Assembly (NCBI GenBank): GCA_964016885.1 | Contig: OZ024742.1 | Coordinates: 290,842,001 to 290,906,000 of the forward strand | Source: Eledone cirrhosa | Lineage: Eukaryota | DNA length: 64,000 nt | Direction: 5' to 3' | Shown here: positions 63,609 to 64,000 of the stretch, piece after piece | Numbering within the stretch: position 1 is the stretch's first letter | Layout of the letters: each line of letters starts with the position of its first letter | Position numbers and translations under genes: made by a program | Notes under the pieces: generated by a model | Told to the model about the DNA's origin: nothing | Databases searched by the model: none | What the model saw: only the letters and a program-made list of their open reading frames with translations

Positions 63609-64000
63609 ATATATATATCAGGGGTGGAGAGTCCGTGCATGCAATGCATGCAGTGTATGTGTTATAGAATCTTGAGCTGATCAATTGCGTCGGTTGAAGC
63701 CAGCAGAATTTTGGTTGCTTACTAAAACATATAGACACAAAAAAAGATAACACACACACACACACACACATACACACAAACACACGACAGCTTTGGGGCA
63801 AGCAGAATTTTGACTGCTTACTAAATCCTAGACACATAAAAAGATAACACACACACACTAGATAACACTACATGCGGCTTTGACCGGGAGGGTCATTTAG
63901 AGAGAATTTTTTTTTTGGAGGGGGGGGGGAGGTAAAGCTGCACAGCCCCACTTTCCACCATGGCGATTGCACTGCATGCCCTGCTTTCCAGGTTACCCTT

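Overview
This is an AT-rich animal genomic window, probably an octopod cephalopod judging from the SINE and RTE families (an inference from recall). It is made almost entirely of nested, decaying transposable elements, and no intact host gene was found. Retroelements: about ten RTE-clade LINE copies or fragments, the main family carrying a C4HC3 PHD-type finger inside the RT region; one Tx1/L1-like 3' fragment; a CRE-like RLE remnant; Penelope-like elements (PLEs); a tRNA-derived SINE family; and a probable solo LTR. DNA transposons: three Helitrons (two head-to-tail), a Buster-type hAT, an older hAT, a Merlin element and a DD37D/maT remnant. Also present are fold-back elements and mini/microsatellites. 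The most notable signals are: (1) three different type I hammerhead ribozyme motifs in PLE or PLE-like 3' UTRs, one with a compensatory U3-A8 core; (2) repeated fold-back junctions at PLE-type insertions, including a 1.18 kb near-perfect palindrome; (3) the PHD finger in the RTE polyprotein; (4) two paralogous CTAG-terminated inverted-repeat structures whose core is flipped between copies; and (5) a decayed PARP14-like RRM exon. All coordinates were read by eye and may be off by a few bases.
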